Shown here: in pieces, positions 10,115 to 19,430 of the stretch
Position numbering within the stretch: the first letter of the stretch is position 1
How the letters are laid out: the number at the start of each line of letters is the position of its first letter
Source of the DNA: Planctomycetes bacterium UBA1146
Lineage (GTDB): Bacteria > Planctomycetota > UBA8108 > UBA1146
Assembly: GCA_963694575.1 (NCBI GenBank)
Contig: CAVOEM010000001.1
Coordinates: 1 to 50,694, forward strand
Direction of reading: 5' to 3'
Length of the DNA: 50,694 bases
The notes under the pieces: generated by a model
Database searches by the model: none
Seen by the model: the letters and a program-made list of their open reading frames with translations, nothing else
Told to the model about the DNA's origin: nothing
Position numbers and translations under genes: made by a program

Positions 10115-11688
10115 GAGAACAGATGAGTGCGAGATCCGGGACCGGCCTCTGGATGCTGTTGTGGATGCTGACCTTTTTGGTCGGTTGTCAGGGGGGGCAC
10201 AGCACTCTTCGATCTTCGGGCGAGCACCCGCTCGATTCCAGGGTGCGGGTTCATCGATCCTCCGATGGAAGTCTCCAGGATGTCGAGGCGTTGATCGCAG
10301 ATGTTGCCGATCTGGATGTTGTGTTCCTGGGCGAGACTCATCTGGATGATGTCACTCATCGGATGGAACTTGCAGTGCTGGAAGGTATTCACGCCGCGGG
10401 CCGTTCGGTGGTTGTTTCGCTCGAGATGTTCAGCCGGGATCGTCAGCAGTTGCTCGATGATTACCTGGCGGGCAAGGTCAGCGAGGATCAATTTCTGGCC
10501 GATTCTCAGCCGTGGAATAATTATGAGACGGGCTATCGGCCCCTCATCGAGTTCGCTCGACGTACCGGATCTCCGGTGGTGGCTGCCAATGTCCCCCGAT
10601 CCGTCTGGCGCAAGGCTGCTTTCGGTGGGGGGCTTTCGGCTCTCGATGCCGATCAAAGGGCGACCATCGCGGACACTCTGCTGCCCAATACCCGGCGTTA
10701 CTGGGATCGCTACGATCGAACGGTTCGGGGCCATGGACATGTGAACTCCGACCAGCAGCCACAGCAGCGTCTCGAGAAGGTGCAGAGCCTGTGGGATAAC
10801 ACGATGGGGGAATCGGTGGCGAGAGCGGTGAAGGCGCACCCCGGCTCGGTGGTGGTTCATATCAACGGAGGATTCCACACCCTCGAGCGAGATGGGACCG
10901 CATATCAGTTCCAACTTCGTAGCCCCGGAACATCGATGAAGACGGTTCACATCGTTCCCTCCTTCGACGCGGATCGGGTTGAAGTGGAGGCTGGCGATGC
11001 TCGTGCGGACTGGATCGTGGCCACCGAACCGGTGGCCCGAGGACTCAGCGATGGGTCACTGGCAGTCTACATGACCAGACCACTTCGTTACCTCATCGAT
11101 GCTCCCGCGCGCAGTGCTGGTCAGGCACCGCTGTTGATCTGGTTATCGGAGAAGGGGGTCGACCCTGGTGAGCGGTTGAAGGGGTTGCGAACTCTGCTGG
11201 GAGAGGTGCCCTGCCTGGTTGTGGTGGAACCGATCTATTCAAACGGATCCGGCGGCAGTTGGCTCGCCGAGGATCACCGCGATGAAGACATCTCGACGAT
11301 TGCCTTTGGATTACAGAGATTGCGTCAGAGTCTGCTGGCTCAGCGGCGACTCGACTCCGATCGAGTGGTGCTGGCGGGGCATGGCGAGGCCGCTGACGTG
11401 ATTGCATCGGTGGCCATCGGTGATGCGGACTGGCCGACAGCCATCATCGAGACGATGGGTGCTCCCGGTTGGTTTGCGATGGAAGGATTGCCCGATCCCG
11501 CAGCAGCGGATGACGCGCATCCGGGACCTGGGTTGCGAATCCTGACCTCAAGTGAACATCAGGATGCGTGGCAGGTGGAGGCCACAGCTCGGGCAGCAGT
11601 GGGATCTCCGATGGTCGTCGAGGCGGTGACCGGTGAAGAGGCGCTGGATGAACTATACCAGCGAATTTCCAGCGCACTGGGGCTCTGA
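10111..11688 (+). CDS. ChaN-family (haem-binding uptake / Tiki-like) lipoprotein fused to an alpha/beta-hydrolase-like C-terminal domain
   Basis: ATG 10111 overlaps the gmhB stop (ATGA). Lipobox-like signal LWMLLWMLTFLVGCQGG. ChaN motifs VVFLGETHLDDVTH, VVSLEMFSRD, VVAANVPR. The C-terminal half looks like a hydrolase fold, but the nucleophile elbow reads LAGHGEAA (no Ser). Confidence 0.8.
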   Translation: MREQMSARSGTGLWMLLWMLTFLVGCQGGHSTLRSSGEHPLDSRVRVHRSSDGSLQDVEALIADVADLDVVFLGETHLDDVTHRMELAVLEGIHAAGRSVVVSLEMFSRDRQQLLDDYLAGKVSEDQFLADSQPWNNYETGYRPLIEFARRTGSPVVAANVPRSVWRKAAFGGGLSALDADQRATIADTLLPNTRRYWDRYDRTVRGHGHVNSDQQPQQRLEKVQSLWDNTMGESVARAVKAHPGSVVVHINGGFHTLERDGTAYQFQLRSPGTSMKTVHIVPSFDADRVEVEAGDARADWIVATEPVARGLSDGSLAVYMTRPLRYLIDAPARSAGQAPLLIWLSEKGVDPGERLKGLRTLLGEVPCLVVVEPIYSNGSGGSWLAEDHRDEDISTIAFGLQRLRQSLLAQRRLDSDRVVLAGHGEAADVIASVAIGDADWPTAIIETMGAPGWFAMEGLPDPAAADDAHPGPGLRILTSSEHQDAWQVEATARAAVGSPMVVEAVTGEEALDELYQRISSALGL

Positions 11689-11770
11689 ATCGCAGGGCTC
11701 TGAATCGCAGGGCTCTGAATCGCAGGGCTCTGAATCGCAGGGCTCTGAATCTCAGGTTTCTGAATCGCAG
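11681..11770. repeat. 15-bp tandem repeat x6 (GGCTCTGAATCGCAG)
   Basis: Four perfect and two slightly diverged units, read directly. The first unit contains the TGA stop (11686-11688) of the ChaN-like gene. Every unit carries TGA in that same frame. Confidence 0.95.
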
Positions 11771-11780
11771 GTCAGTGGCG

Positions 11781-12419
11781 CTAGGCTCGAAGCAGTGCTA
11801 CTCCCAGGATGCCGAGGATGACCGCTGCGACTGTGAGCGCAGCAAACCAGCGATCGATGAAGTCGCGGATCGGTGCTCCGTATCTCCAGACCAGTATTCC
11901 CTCGGCGATGAAGCGTGTGCCACGACCGATGATGCTGGCAGGTATGAAGATGGCTAGCGGCAATCCCGCCGCACCGGCAGCGATGGTGATCACCTTGTAG
12001 GGGATCGGAGTCAACGCTGCGGTGACTACCGACAGGAAGCCGAACGTCAGGAATCTCCCCTTCACCTCCTCGAAAGTGGTCTGCGCACCAAAAAAAGCGA
12101 TGATCGAATCGCCTACGGAGTCCATCATCCAGGCTCCGATGGCGTATCCCAGCAGTCCGCCCAGCACCGACATCCCGGTGGTCAGGAGGGCCAGCGGAAT
12201 CGCCCTTCTTGGAGCCCCGATCCCCAGAGCGATCAGTAGTGGATCGGGTGGAATCGGGAAAAAACTCGATTCAGTGAAGGCGACCGCAGCCAGTACTGCG
12301 GGTCCCCTGGAAGTCTCCGATTCTGCGAGCACTCGAAGATAGAGCCTTCTCAGCAGAGAGGGGGCTGGAGTGGCAGAGGTCTCCGCTTCGAGATCCTCGG
12401 GTTCATCGGAGGTGGCCAT
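11781..12419 (-). CDS. YqaA/DedA (SNARE-associated) family membrane protein
   Basis: Motif FTESSFFPIPPDPLLIALG plus multiple TM segments. ATG at 12419 (MATSDEPEDLE) avoids overlap with thiE; the track ORF extends to 12536. Confidence 0.8.
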   Translation of the reverse strand: MATSDEPEDLEAETSATPAPSLLRRLYLRVLAESETSRGPAVLAAVAFTESSFFPIPPDPLLIALGIGAPRRAIPLALLTTGMSVLGGLLGYAIGAWMMDSVGDSIIAFFGAQTTFEEVKGRFLTFGFLSVVTAALTPIPYKVITIAAGAAGLPLAIFIPASIIGRGTRFIAEGILVWRYGAPIRDFIDRWFAALTVAAVILGILGVALLRA

Positions 12420-13509
12420 CGGAGACCTCCCGAGTAGCGCTCTCGACCAGTTTCTGGTGCAAGAACTGAGCGGCACTCCGGGGGTCTGGTCTGGCGATGA
12501 TGCCGGTACATACGGCAATCCGCGTGGCACCTGCACGGATCACTTCGTCGATGGTTTCCTCATCGACATGACCGATGGCATAGCCCGGGAGTTCACACTG
12601 CTGGCGAGCTTCTTCGATGTAATCGGTACCGACTGCGTAACGATGTTTCTTGGTCTGGGTCTCGAATATGGGGCCGACACCGATGTAATCCGCACCGGCC
12701 AGTGCTGCAGCGCTGGCCTGCTGGGGATTGTGGGTCGAGAGTCCAATGATGGCATCCGGCCCGAGGATTTCGCGGGCTTGATGAGGGGCGATGTCCTGCT
12801 GTCCGAGGTGCACCCCATCGGCTCGGCAGAGGCGCGCGATCTCGATGCGATCGTTGATGATCAGCAATGCTCCACGCTCTGCAGTGATCTCCCTCAGTTG
12901 CTGGGCCCGCTTTAGAAACTGGGCACTTCCCAGTGACTTTTCTCGCAGTTGCACCATCGAAGCCCCGCCTTCGATGGCTGCTGCGGTGGTCACGAGGATG
13001 TCACCGAGGCAAAGTTCTTCGGTCACCAGAAGGTACAGGTTGCGACCATCGAGCTTTGGTCCGCGGTGGAGTTTTCCCTCAGTGAGAGACTCCAGTTGAT
13101 AAATCTGGTATCGAATCGCCTCCGCCTCGCCACAGAGCGGGGGGCAGAAGTAACGAATCGCCTCTTCGACCGACCGAGCCGCTTCCCGTGCGCGGCAGAT
13201 ATTGGTGCGGATCAGCTGGTTCCGATCGCCATGTGGGCCGCTACCGGGAAGTCCCCGCAACAGGTCTGCTTCGACATTGCGGTGCAGAGAAAGGGGGCCG
13301 GAATCCACTTCCAACTGCTGACGCAGCGCGCCGGCGACCCGCCGCAACTGCTGCCAGCGTCGTGCCAGAGGAGGATTGGCGATCTCCGACAGATCGCCAA
13401 ACCGAAGTTGATCCTCGGTCACCCGGAGCGCTTCCGTCAGTCGGTTGAAAGACGCATCGAGAACTTGCTCGATCGATCGATGGTCAGGGGGTTGAGAGGC
13501 TGATTCCAT
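12403..13509 (-). CDS. thiE: thiamine-phosphate synthase with about 165-aa N-terminal extension
   Basis: C-terminal ThiE core: LYLLVTE..MVQLREK..LIINDRIEIA..DGVHLGQQD..IGLSTHN..ADYIGVGPIFET. ATG at 13509 (MESASQ); the track ORF starts at 13554. Confidence 0.85.
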   Translation of the reverse strand: MESASQPPDHRSIEQVLDASFNRLTEALRVTEDQLRFGDLSEIANPPLARRWQQLRRVAGALRQQLEVDSGPLSLHRNVEADLLRGLPGSGPHGDRNQLIRTNICRAREAARSVEEAIRYFCPPLCGEAEAIRYQIYQLESLTEGKLHRGPKLDGRNLYLLVTEELCLGDILVTTAAAIEGGASMVQLREKSLGSAQFLKRAQQLREITAERGALLIINDRIEIARLCRADGVHLGQQDIAPHQAREILGPDAIIGLSTHNPQQASAAALAGADYIGVGPIFETQTKKHRYAVGTDYIEEARQQCELPGYAIGHVDEETIDEVIRAGATRIAVCTGIIARPDPRSAAQFLHQKLVESATREVSDGHLR

Positions 13510-13618
13510 GTCCTCAGGATCCCCTGTTCCCACTTCCCAGACAAGGCATCCCATCTGCTCCCCTCATGCCCTCGGGGGAGATACACTGGTGGCCACCGCG
13601 GAAGGAGCACCGATTCCC

Positions 13619-14134
13619 ATGAGGGCGATACTATTGATCTCATCCTTGATCCCGGGGCTCGGGCCGATCCTGCTCGGACGGATCTATCGCGGCTTGTTAC
13701 TGCTGGTCCTCGGTGGTGGGGGTTGGGCGATCCTGGCGGCAGGATCGACGGTATGGGCCGGTCCCGATCGGTGGCAGGCACAATTGAGCGGTTCCGTGGT
13801 GGGAGTGATCGCCACCCTGATCAGTGTTCGCTGGACTCTCCGGTTGACCTCTGATGAGCGACGCATCGCCATCCGCAAGAGGGTCGAGAGGGCCCTCGAC
13901 GATGCTCAGCGCTGCTATCTCAGAGGAAGAATGGCAAGAGCTCGGGTGGCTCTCGATAGTGGATTGACCCAGGATGAGAGAGATATCGACCTGCTCTTCC
14001 TCGACTGGCAGGTGGCGAGAAAACTGGGAGATTCCTCACGAGCTCGTCGCAGTCGTCGCTTGTTGAGGCGATATGATCTCGATGAAAAGTGGTTGTGGGA
14101 GTTACAACGTGAGGAGGCCACTCGTGGCGGATGA
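13619..14134 (+). CDS. small membrane protein (two TM segments plus Arg-rich helical tail)
   Basis: MRAILLISSLIPGLGPILLGRIYRGLLLLVLGGGGWAIL, then a charged C-terminus. ATG at 13619 chosen because upstream residues overlap the thiE start region. Confidence 0.55.
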   Translation: MRAILLISSLIPGLGPILLGRIYRGLLLLVLGGGGWAILAAGSTVWAGPDRWQAQLSGSVVGVIATLISVRWTLRLTSDERRIAIRKRVERALDDAQRCYLRGRMARARVALDSGLTQDERDIDLLFLDWQVARKLGDSSRARRSRRLLRRYDLDEKWLWELQREEATRGG

Positions 14135-15215
14135 GATACCGGTAGAACCGATCGCCAAGGGACTCACTTATCGTGATGCGGGTGTCGATATCGATGCGGG
14201 CAACGAAGTGGTCGGGCGGATTCGAGATGCGGTGGTATCGACCCAGGACGATCGGGTGCTGAAGGGTTCACATGGAGCCTTCGGTGGGTATTTTCGTCTG
14301 CTCGATGGAGCCGGCTCGTTATTTGGTCAGCCACTGAAGGATCCGATCCTCGTCGGAGCCACCGATGGAGTCGGAACCAAGTTAAAGGTGGCGTTCGAGT
14401 GCGGGGTTCTTGATACGGTCGGCATCGATCTGGTTGCGATGTGTGTCAACGATTTGATTGTCGGTGGAGCACGACCGCTATTTTTTCTCGACTATGTCGC
14501 CACCGGTAAGATCTCTCCCGAATCGATCGCAGTGGTGGTGGAGGGGATCGCTCAGGGATGCCGGCTTTCCGGTTGCGCTCTGCTAGGCGGTGAAACCGCA
14601 GAGATGCCAGGATTTTATAAAGATGGAGAGCTGGATCTGGCCGGCTTCGCCGTGGGTGTGGTGGAGCGAGAGTCCATCATCGATGGCCAGAAGGTGGTGG
14701 CAGGGGACGCAGTCATCGGGATCGCCTCGAGCGGGGTCCATTCGAACGGCTTCTCACTGGTGAGAAAGGCGCTGCTCGACGAGGGGAGCGCGCTGCCGCT
14801 CGACCAGGATCCAGCAGGACTTGGCTGCACCCTCGCCGAAGCACTCCTCGAGCCGACCCGCATCTATGTCCGACCGATCCTCGATCTGATCGAGCGAGCG
14901 GGCGAGGAACTCCACGCCATCGCGCACATCACAGGGGGTGGTTTGCTGGAAAACATTCCCAGAGTGTTGCCACAGGGATTGGGATGCCATCTCGATCGCT
15001 CGTGCTGGCAGCGGCCACCGATCTTCTCGTTGATCGAACAACGAGGGGGAGTCGCCACCGATGAGATGGATCGAGTGTTCAATCAGGGGATCGGCATGGT
15101 GATCGTTGCGGCTGCGGGGTCGGAGACCGCCATCATCGAGAGCCTGACTCGATCGGGGGAGCAGGCTTCGGTGATCGGGGAAATCGTCGCGCAAGATGGC
15201 GTGAAGATCGAGTAG
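14124..15215 (+). CDS. purM: phosphoribosylformylglycinamidine cyclo-ligase (AIR synthetase)
   Basis: LTYRDAGVDIDAGN, GTDGVGTKL, GGETAEMPG and the rest of the PurM fold. GTG 14124 is preceded by GAGGAGG (14111-14117); the track ORF begins at 14073. Confidence 0.9.
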   Translation: MADEIPVEPIAKGLTYRDAGVDIDAGNEVVGRIRDAVVSTQDDRVLKGSHGAFGGYFRLLDGAGSLFGQPLKDPILVGATDGVGTKLKVAFECGVLDTVGIDLVAMCVNDLIVGGARPLFFLDYVATGKISPESIAVVVEGIAQGCRLSGCALLGGETAEMPGFYKDGELDLAGFAVGVVERESIIDGQKVVAGDAVIGIASSGVHSNGFSLVRKALLDEGSALPLDQDPAGLGCTLAEALLEPTRIYVRPILDLIERAGEELHAIAHITGGGLLENIPRVLPQGLGCHLDRSCWQRPPIFSLIEQRGGVATDEMDRVFNQGIGMVIVAAAGSETAIIESLTRSGEQASVIGEIVAQDGVKIE

Positions 15216-15218
15216 CGA

Positions 15219-16079
15219 TCAGTTCTCGACCAGCACCTGCTGTGCTTCCTGGTCGCCGTCCAGTTGCAACTCATCGAGGTTCCACTGTTCTGGCGATAGA
15301 ACCCCCCGATAACTGATCTTCGCCGGACCGCGAACCCGGATTCCAGTCTCGTCATCGATGCGAACTCCCAGCACTCCACCGGGCATCTGTACCTCGACCT
15401 GGTCTGCGATGATTCCGGCCTGGAGCAGCGCGGCAAAGGCCGCAGCAGCACCGGTTCCGCAGGCGGGGGTTTCACCGCATCCTCGTTCCCAGACGCGCAA
15501 GGTGAGGTGGTGGGGTGAATCGATCCTGACGAAGCCGACATTGGTCCGACCCGCGACCGAGTTTTCCAACTCTGGGCCAAAGCGAGGGAGTGGATCCGGC
15601 ATCGATTCCGGATCGACGGCCACCACCAGGTGCGGATTCCCGATGTGGACCGGTGTCAGCATCAGAACCGTGCCATCGACCACCTTTGAGGTGGGGATGT
15701 CGACGGTGGCCTGACCGAGTGCCGCTTCGGCACTGAATTCTCCCTGCCCATCGCGCAACAGTTGAACCTCGACGATTCCTGCATCGGTTCCGATACGGAT
15801 CGAATCTTGCTGACGATCCTGCAGTGATAGCGCCGCGATTCGGATTCCGTTTCCGCACGCCTCCGCCCGGGAGCCGTCGGCATTCCAGCACTCCATGAAG
15901 GGGATCGGTTGCTGACGGAGCACCAGGATTCCATCGGCTCCGACCCCTGTTCTGCGGCAGCAGAGCAACGGAGCGAGACGCGAGAAATCGCTCGGGACCG
16001 GACCCTGGGCCTCATCGAGTAGCAGGAAGTCGTTGCCTGCGCCGTGTGCCTTGAGGAAGCTGAGGGTTCCGTGAGTCAT
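15219..16079 (-). CDS. dapF: diaminopimelate epimerase
   Basis: FLKAHGAGNDFLLLD, ACGNGIR, HIGNPHLVV, CGETPACGTGAAAA (both catalytic Cys). ATG 16079 (MTHGTLSFLK); the track ORF extends to 16223. Confidence 0.9.
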   Translation of the reverse strand: MTHGTLSFLKAHGAGNDFLLLDEAQGPVPSDFSRLAPLLCCRRTGVGADGILVLRQQPIPFMECWNADGSRAEACGNGIRIAALSLQDRQQDSIRIGTDAGIVEVQLLRDGQGEFSAEAALGQATVDIPTSKVVDGTVLMLTPVHIGNPHLVVAVDPESMPDPLPRFGPELENSVAGRTNVGFVRIDSPHHLTLRVWERGCGETPACGTGAAAAFAALLQAGIIADQVEVQMPGGVLGVRIDDETGIRVRGPAKISYRGVLSPEQWNLDELQLDGDQEAQQVLVEN

Positions 16080-16347
16080 CGGGCTCCTGTCGGGGTATCC
16101 TGTGGCTGCAGGTCGCTGCGAAGGAAAGTGGTCCAACTCGGCGTCATCCTGAGAGGTCGAGTGGCTAGTTTGTCGCCAATTGGCCGCCGATACCAGTGGA
16201 GAAGGAAGATCATCGATGAACAAGTTCCAGACTCGGACCGAGTTGCAGGTCGAAATTCCCGGAACACTCAGCCAGCCAGGTGATTCGCTGCGGCGTTCGA
16301 AACTCCAGCGATCGGAACTCCAGCGATCTAGGATTCAGTGCTTTTCG

Positions 16348-17220
16348 ATGCGCTGTGCTTTCCTGCTGGGGCTGTTGGTCTGTCTCTCATCCTGTGACGC
16401 ACCGCAGGAGAAGAGCCTCGAGCCAACACTCCCGACGCTGAAACGGGGCACCGCCCATGTCGAGGTCTCGGAGACCCTCGATGGGGATCTCACCGAGATC
16501 AATATCACACGATTGATCCTCGAACGGGGCCTCAGTTTGCATGGTTTTCAACTGGTTCCTCGCGCGGAGGCACAATTTCTGGTGGAGGGGACCCTGACCT
16601 GTGATTACTTCCAGGACCTCACCTTCGAGTTCAAGGAAGCGAAACAGCACCTCGAACACCAGTACCACGGAAAGTTTGACGGGAAGTTGACATCGGTCTC
16701 CGATGGCCGGGTTCAGGAACTATCCTTTCCCCAGCCTCTGATGAATGGCCGAACCGACCTCGCCATGGCCCGCCGTGATATCCGTCGCAGATCCGCGACC
16801 ATCATCTCGGAGACGATGTTGAGGGGTCCCATCCTCGGCGCTCCTGAAATTCGAGGACTCCTCGATGCTCTCACTGACCCCCTCGATGGGCGCTTCTATA
16901 ACCAGTTGATGGAGGAGATCGTCGAGCATGGCGAGCGTGCAGTCCCGTACCTGATCGAGGCTCTTCGAGATGATCGTGCGGTGCGTCTTGAGGGGGCTTA
17001 CCCCGGCTTCCCGGATCTGGAAGAGGGCGAGTTAAAGGTCTATCACATCGTCGACAAGACACTGGCAATGATCCTCGATCGAGATAGCGGTCTCGATCCT
17101 ATTTCGAGCGACGATTACATCCAGCGAGTCAGGACTGGCTGGCAATGGCTGTGGGAAGATATGCAGCAAATCCCCGATGAACTGCGAATCCTCAAGAGCG
17201 CGAGAGAAGAAGAGGGCTAG
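16348..17220 (+). CDS. hypothetical lipoprotein with HEAT-like C-terminal repeat
   Basis: MRCAFLLGLLVCLSSCDAPQE lipobox at ATG 16348. The C-terminus (AVPYLIEALRDDRAVRL) is HEAT/PBS-lyase-like. The track ORF starts at 16180. Confidence 0.65.
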   Translation: MRCAFLLGLLVCLSSCDAPQEKSLEPTLPTLKRGTAHVEVSETLDGDLTEINITRLILERGLSLHGFQLVPRAEAQFLVEGTLTCDYFQDLTFEFKEAKQHLEHQYHGKFDGKLTSVSDGRVQELSFPQPLMNGRTDLAMARRDIRRRSATIISETMLRGPILGAPEIRGLLDALTDPLDGRFYNQLMEEIVEHGERAVPYLIEALRDDRAVRLEGAYPGFPDLEEGELKVYHIVDKTLAMILDRDSGLDPISSDDYIQRVRTGWQWLWEDMQQIPDELRILKSAREEEG

Positions 17221-17372
17221 GCCTCCGCGTCTCGCTGGTCTTCACTATCACAGGACTCCTATCGATGTCATGGTAGGTGATGGAATATCCGTGGTGGCTT
17301 GGGTCGTCTTGGGCAGTGAGCCTGACTACTGAAACCACCGCGAGTCAGGCGGATCATAGTCCAGGAGGTACA

Positions 17373-18176
17373 GTGCCGATTCACAAGACTGCAGTTATCC
17401 ATTCCGATGCTCAACTGGCCACCGATGTGACGGTCGGCCCCTTCGCCATCATCGAAGCGGGAGCGATCCTGGCATCTGGATGCAAGGTCCTGGGTCACGC
17501 ATACATCGGCCCAGGAACAGAGATCGGTGAAAAATCAGAAGTGCACATGCACGCTGTTATCGGGCATGACCCTCAGGATCTGGCATGGGCGGGAGAGCCG
17601 AGTCAGGTCATCATCGGGGACCGAACCGTGTTGCGTGAATATGTCTCGGTGCATCGGGCTTCTCGTCCCGGAAGTAGCACTCGCATTGGAGACGACTGCC
17701 TGTTGATGGTCGGCGCACATGTGGCGCACGATTGTTTCGTCGAGGATGGGGTGCTCATGGCCAATCACTGCTCGCTGGCGGGCCATGCTCGGGTTGGATC
17801 GGGAGCCTTTCTTTCGGCCAATACCCTGGTCCATCAATTTTGCAGGGTCGGTCGGCTGGCAATGCTGGGGGGAGCGGCAGTTGCGGTTCAGGATATTCCC
17901 TCCTTCATGCTGTCTACCGGAGATCGAGCGACGATTCGCGGGGTCAACGTGGTGGGTTTACGCCGTGCAGGGATCGAGGCGGATCTTCGGCGTGCGATCC
18001 AGGATGCCCACAGGATCCTCTATCGAAGTGGACGTACCATTCCCGAGGCGACCGAGATTCTCAAGGAGAGCGAGTGGGTCGAGGTGCGTGAGATTGCAGA
18101 ATTCATCCAGGAGAGTGCACGAGGCATTGCTTCCGGATCCGGATCTGCAGTCGAGGTTCGTCCGGCCAGTTTCTAG
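17373..18176 (+). CDS. lpxA: acyl-ACP--UDP-N-acetylglucosamine O-acyltransferase
   Basis: Left-handed beta-helix hexapeptide repeats plus the LpxA C-terminal helical domain (RGVNVVGLRRAGI..). GTG 17373 is preceded by AGGAGG; the track ORF begins at 17277. Confidence 0.85.
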   Translation: MPIHKTAVIHSDAQLATDVTVGPFAIIEAGAILASGCKVLGHAYIGPGTEIGEKSEVHMHAVIGHDPQDLAWAGEPSQVIIGDRTVLREYVSVHRASRPGSSTRIGDDCLLMVGAHVAHDCFVEDGVLMANHCSLAGHARVGSGAFLSANTLVHQFCRVGRLAMLGGAAVAVQDIPSFMLSTGDRATIRGVNVVGLRRAGIEADLRRAIQDAHRILYRSGRTIPEATEILKESEWVEVREIAEFIQESARGIASGSGSAVEVRPASF

Positions 18177-19178
18177 GTGATCATCGTCCTGACAGACCCG
18201 AGCCGGCCGGGACTTCGAGCCGGCAATCACAGCACCGTACGACGCTGGAGTGTGCTGCTTCGGCAACTCGGTTGTCGGGTGCTGGTCCACCGGGTTCGTG
18301 ATCATCCGCGAACTCCTCTGCCAGTAGGAGATGTTCTTCTGGCACTTCATGCCGGTCATTCTCATCGAGCCATCTGCCAATGGAAGAAGCGCGATCGGTC
18401 CTTGCCGGTGGTCGTCGCCTTGAGTGGAACCGATCTCCATCTCGAACTTCCTTCCGGCGGAGCGCCGGCACGGCGAGTGCTCAAGAGTCTGGAGCAGGCA
18501 GACCATCTGGTGTCCCTGTACCGGGGGGCGGTCGATTCGTTGCCAGAGACGATCCGATCGAGATGGGCAGGGCGAGTTCACTTCGTACCACAGTCTGCAA
18601 GACCACTCCCTAGCGGCAGAAAACCGCTGAAGACGAGGTTTCGTCTGCTGGTGGTGGGTTTGCTACGGCGGGTCAAGGATCCGCTGCTGCCGCTCGAAGC
18701 GTTGGGTTGGTTACCCGATCGGATCGCCGATGGGCGTCGATTGGAGGTGGTGCACCTGGGGGGGATCGAGGAGCCGAGGTACCGCAGGTTGGCGACTCAG
18801 GCGATGCGAAGAGAACCGAGATGGCGCTGGCTCGGAGCGGTGCCTGCCGCGCGGGTACGAAGCGAACTGGCTCGCTCTGATCTGCTGATACACCCATCCC
18901 TCGATGAGGGTGGGGCCAACATCATCAGCGAGGCGTTGGTCGCAGAGATTCCGATTCTGGCCAGCGATGCGCCCGGCAACCTGGGCCTCCTTGGAGAGAG
19001 TCATCGGGGAATCTTCAGGCGTCAGGATGCACAGCAATTGGCTCAACTGGTGCTGAGGTTCAGTGAAGACGCTCGATTTCGCAGACAGCTGGTGCAGAGT
19101 TCAAAGAAACTGGGGAAGAGGCACCTGCCGGCGGTGGAAATCGAGACGTGGCGAAGATTGTTGGGGAAATTGAAATAA
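18177..19178 (+). CDS. GT-B fold glycosyltransferase (family 1/4-like)
   Basis: GTG start directly abuts the lpxA TAG stop. C-terminal EGGANIISEALVAEIPILASD fits the GT1 E-x7-E region. Confidence 0.75.
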   Translation: MIIVLTDPSRPGLRAGNHSTVRRWSVLLRQLGCRVLVHRVRDHPRTPLPVGDVLLALHAGHSHRAICQWKKRDRSLPVVVALSGTDLHLELPSGGAPARRVLKSLEQADHLVSLYRGAVDSLPETIRSRWAGRVHFVPQSARPLPSGRKPLKTRFRLLVVGLLRRVKDPLLPLEALGWLPDRIADGRRLEVVHLGGIEEPRYRRLATQAMRREPRWRWLGAVPAARVRSELARSDLLIHPSLDEGGANIISEALVAEIPILASDAPGNLGLLGESHRGIFRRQDAQQLAQLVLRFSEDARFRRQLVQSSKKLGKRHLPAVEIETWRRLLGKLK

Positions 19179-19209
19179 GTTGCCCACGACCTCAGAGGCT
19201 GTGGGCAAC
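19179..19209 (+). terminator. hairpin immediately after the glycosyltransferase stop (9-bp perfect stem, no U-tract)
   Basis: GTTGCCCAC-13 nt-GTGGGCAAC starts 1 nt after the TAA stop. It lacks a T-run, so this is a weak intrinsic-terminator call. Confidence 0.4.
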
Positions 19210-19288
19210 TCAATAGAGATGAAGAGCAAAGTGAATAGGTTTGCGCGATTCCTCAGTGGTGAGTTTCGACTAGCCCGGATTGTAAACA

Positions 19289-19320
19289 TTAACAAATAGA
19301 TATACAAGCGGATTTGTTAA
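19289..19320. promoter_or_regulatory. perfect 9-bp inverted repeat TTAACAAAT-N14-ATTTGTTAA (operator-like) upstream of the MFS transporter
   Basis: Read directly. Lies in a locally AT-rich gap (19179-19430), about 110 bp upstream of the transporter start. A TTGACA hexamer follows at about 19355. Confidence 0.4.
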
Positions 19321-19430
19321 GCAGGGGCTTCGTCTCTTCCAAATTCCTTGATTGACATATTGGCGAACCTTTGTCCCACTAGGGACATGGCAGGACAGGC
19401 TCCCTGCGTACAACAGCATTTGGAAAAGGG

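Noticed and set aside
13510-13620. TPP riboswitch upstream of thiE
   Set aside because: Reading the minus strand, I could not find the conserved CUGAGA...ACCUGAUCUGGAUAAUGCCAGCG core. The region is mostly occupied by the divergent gene's upstream sequence.
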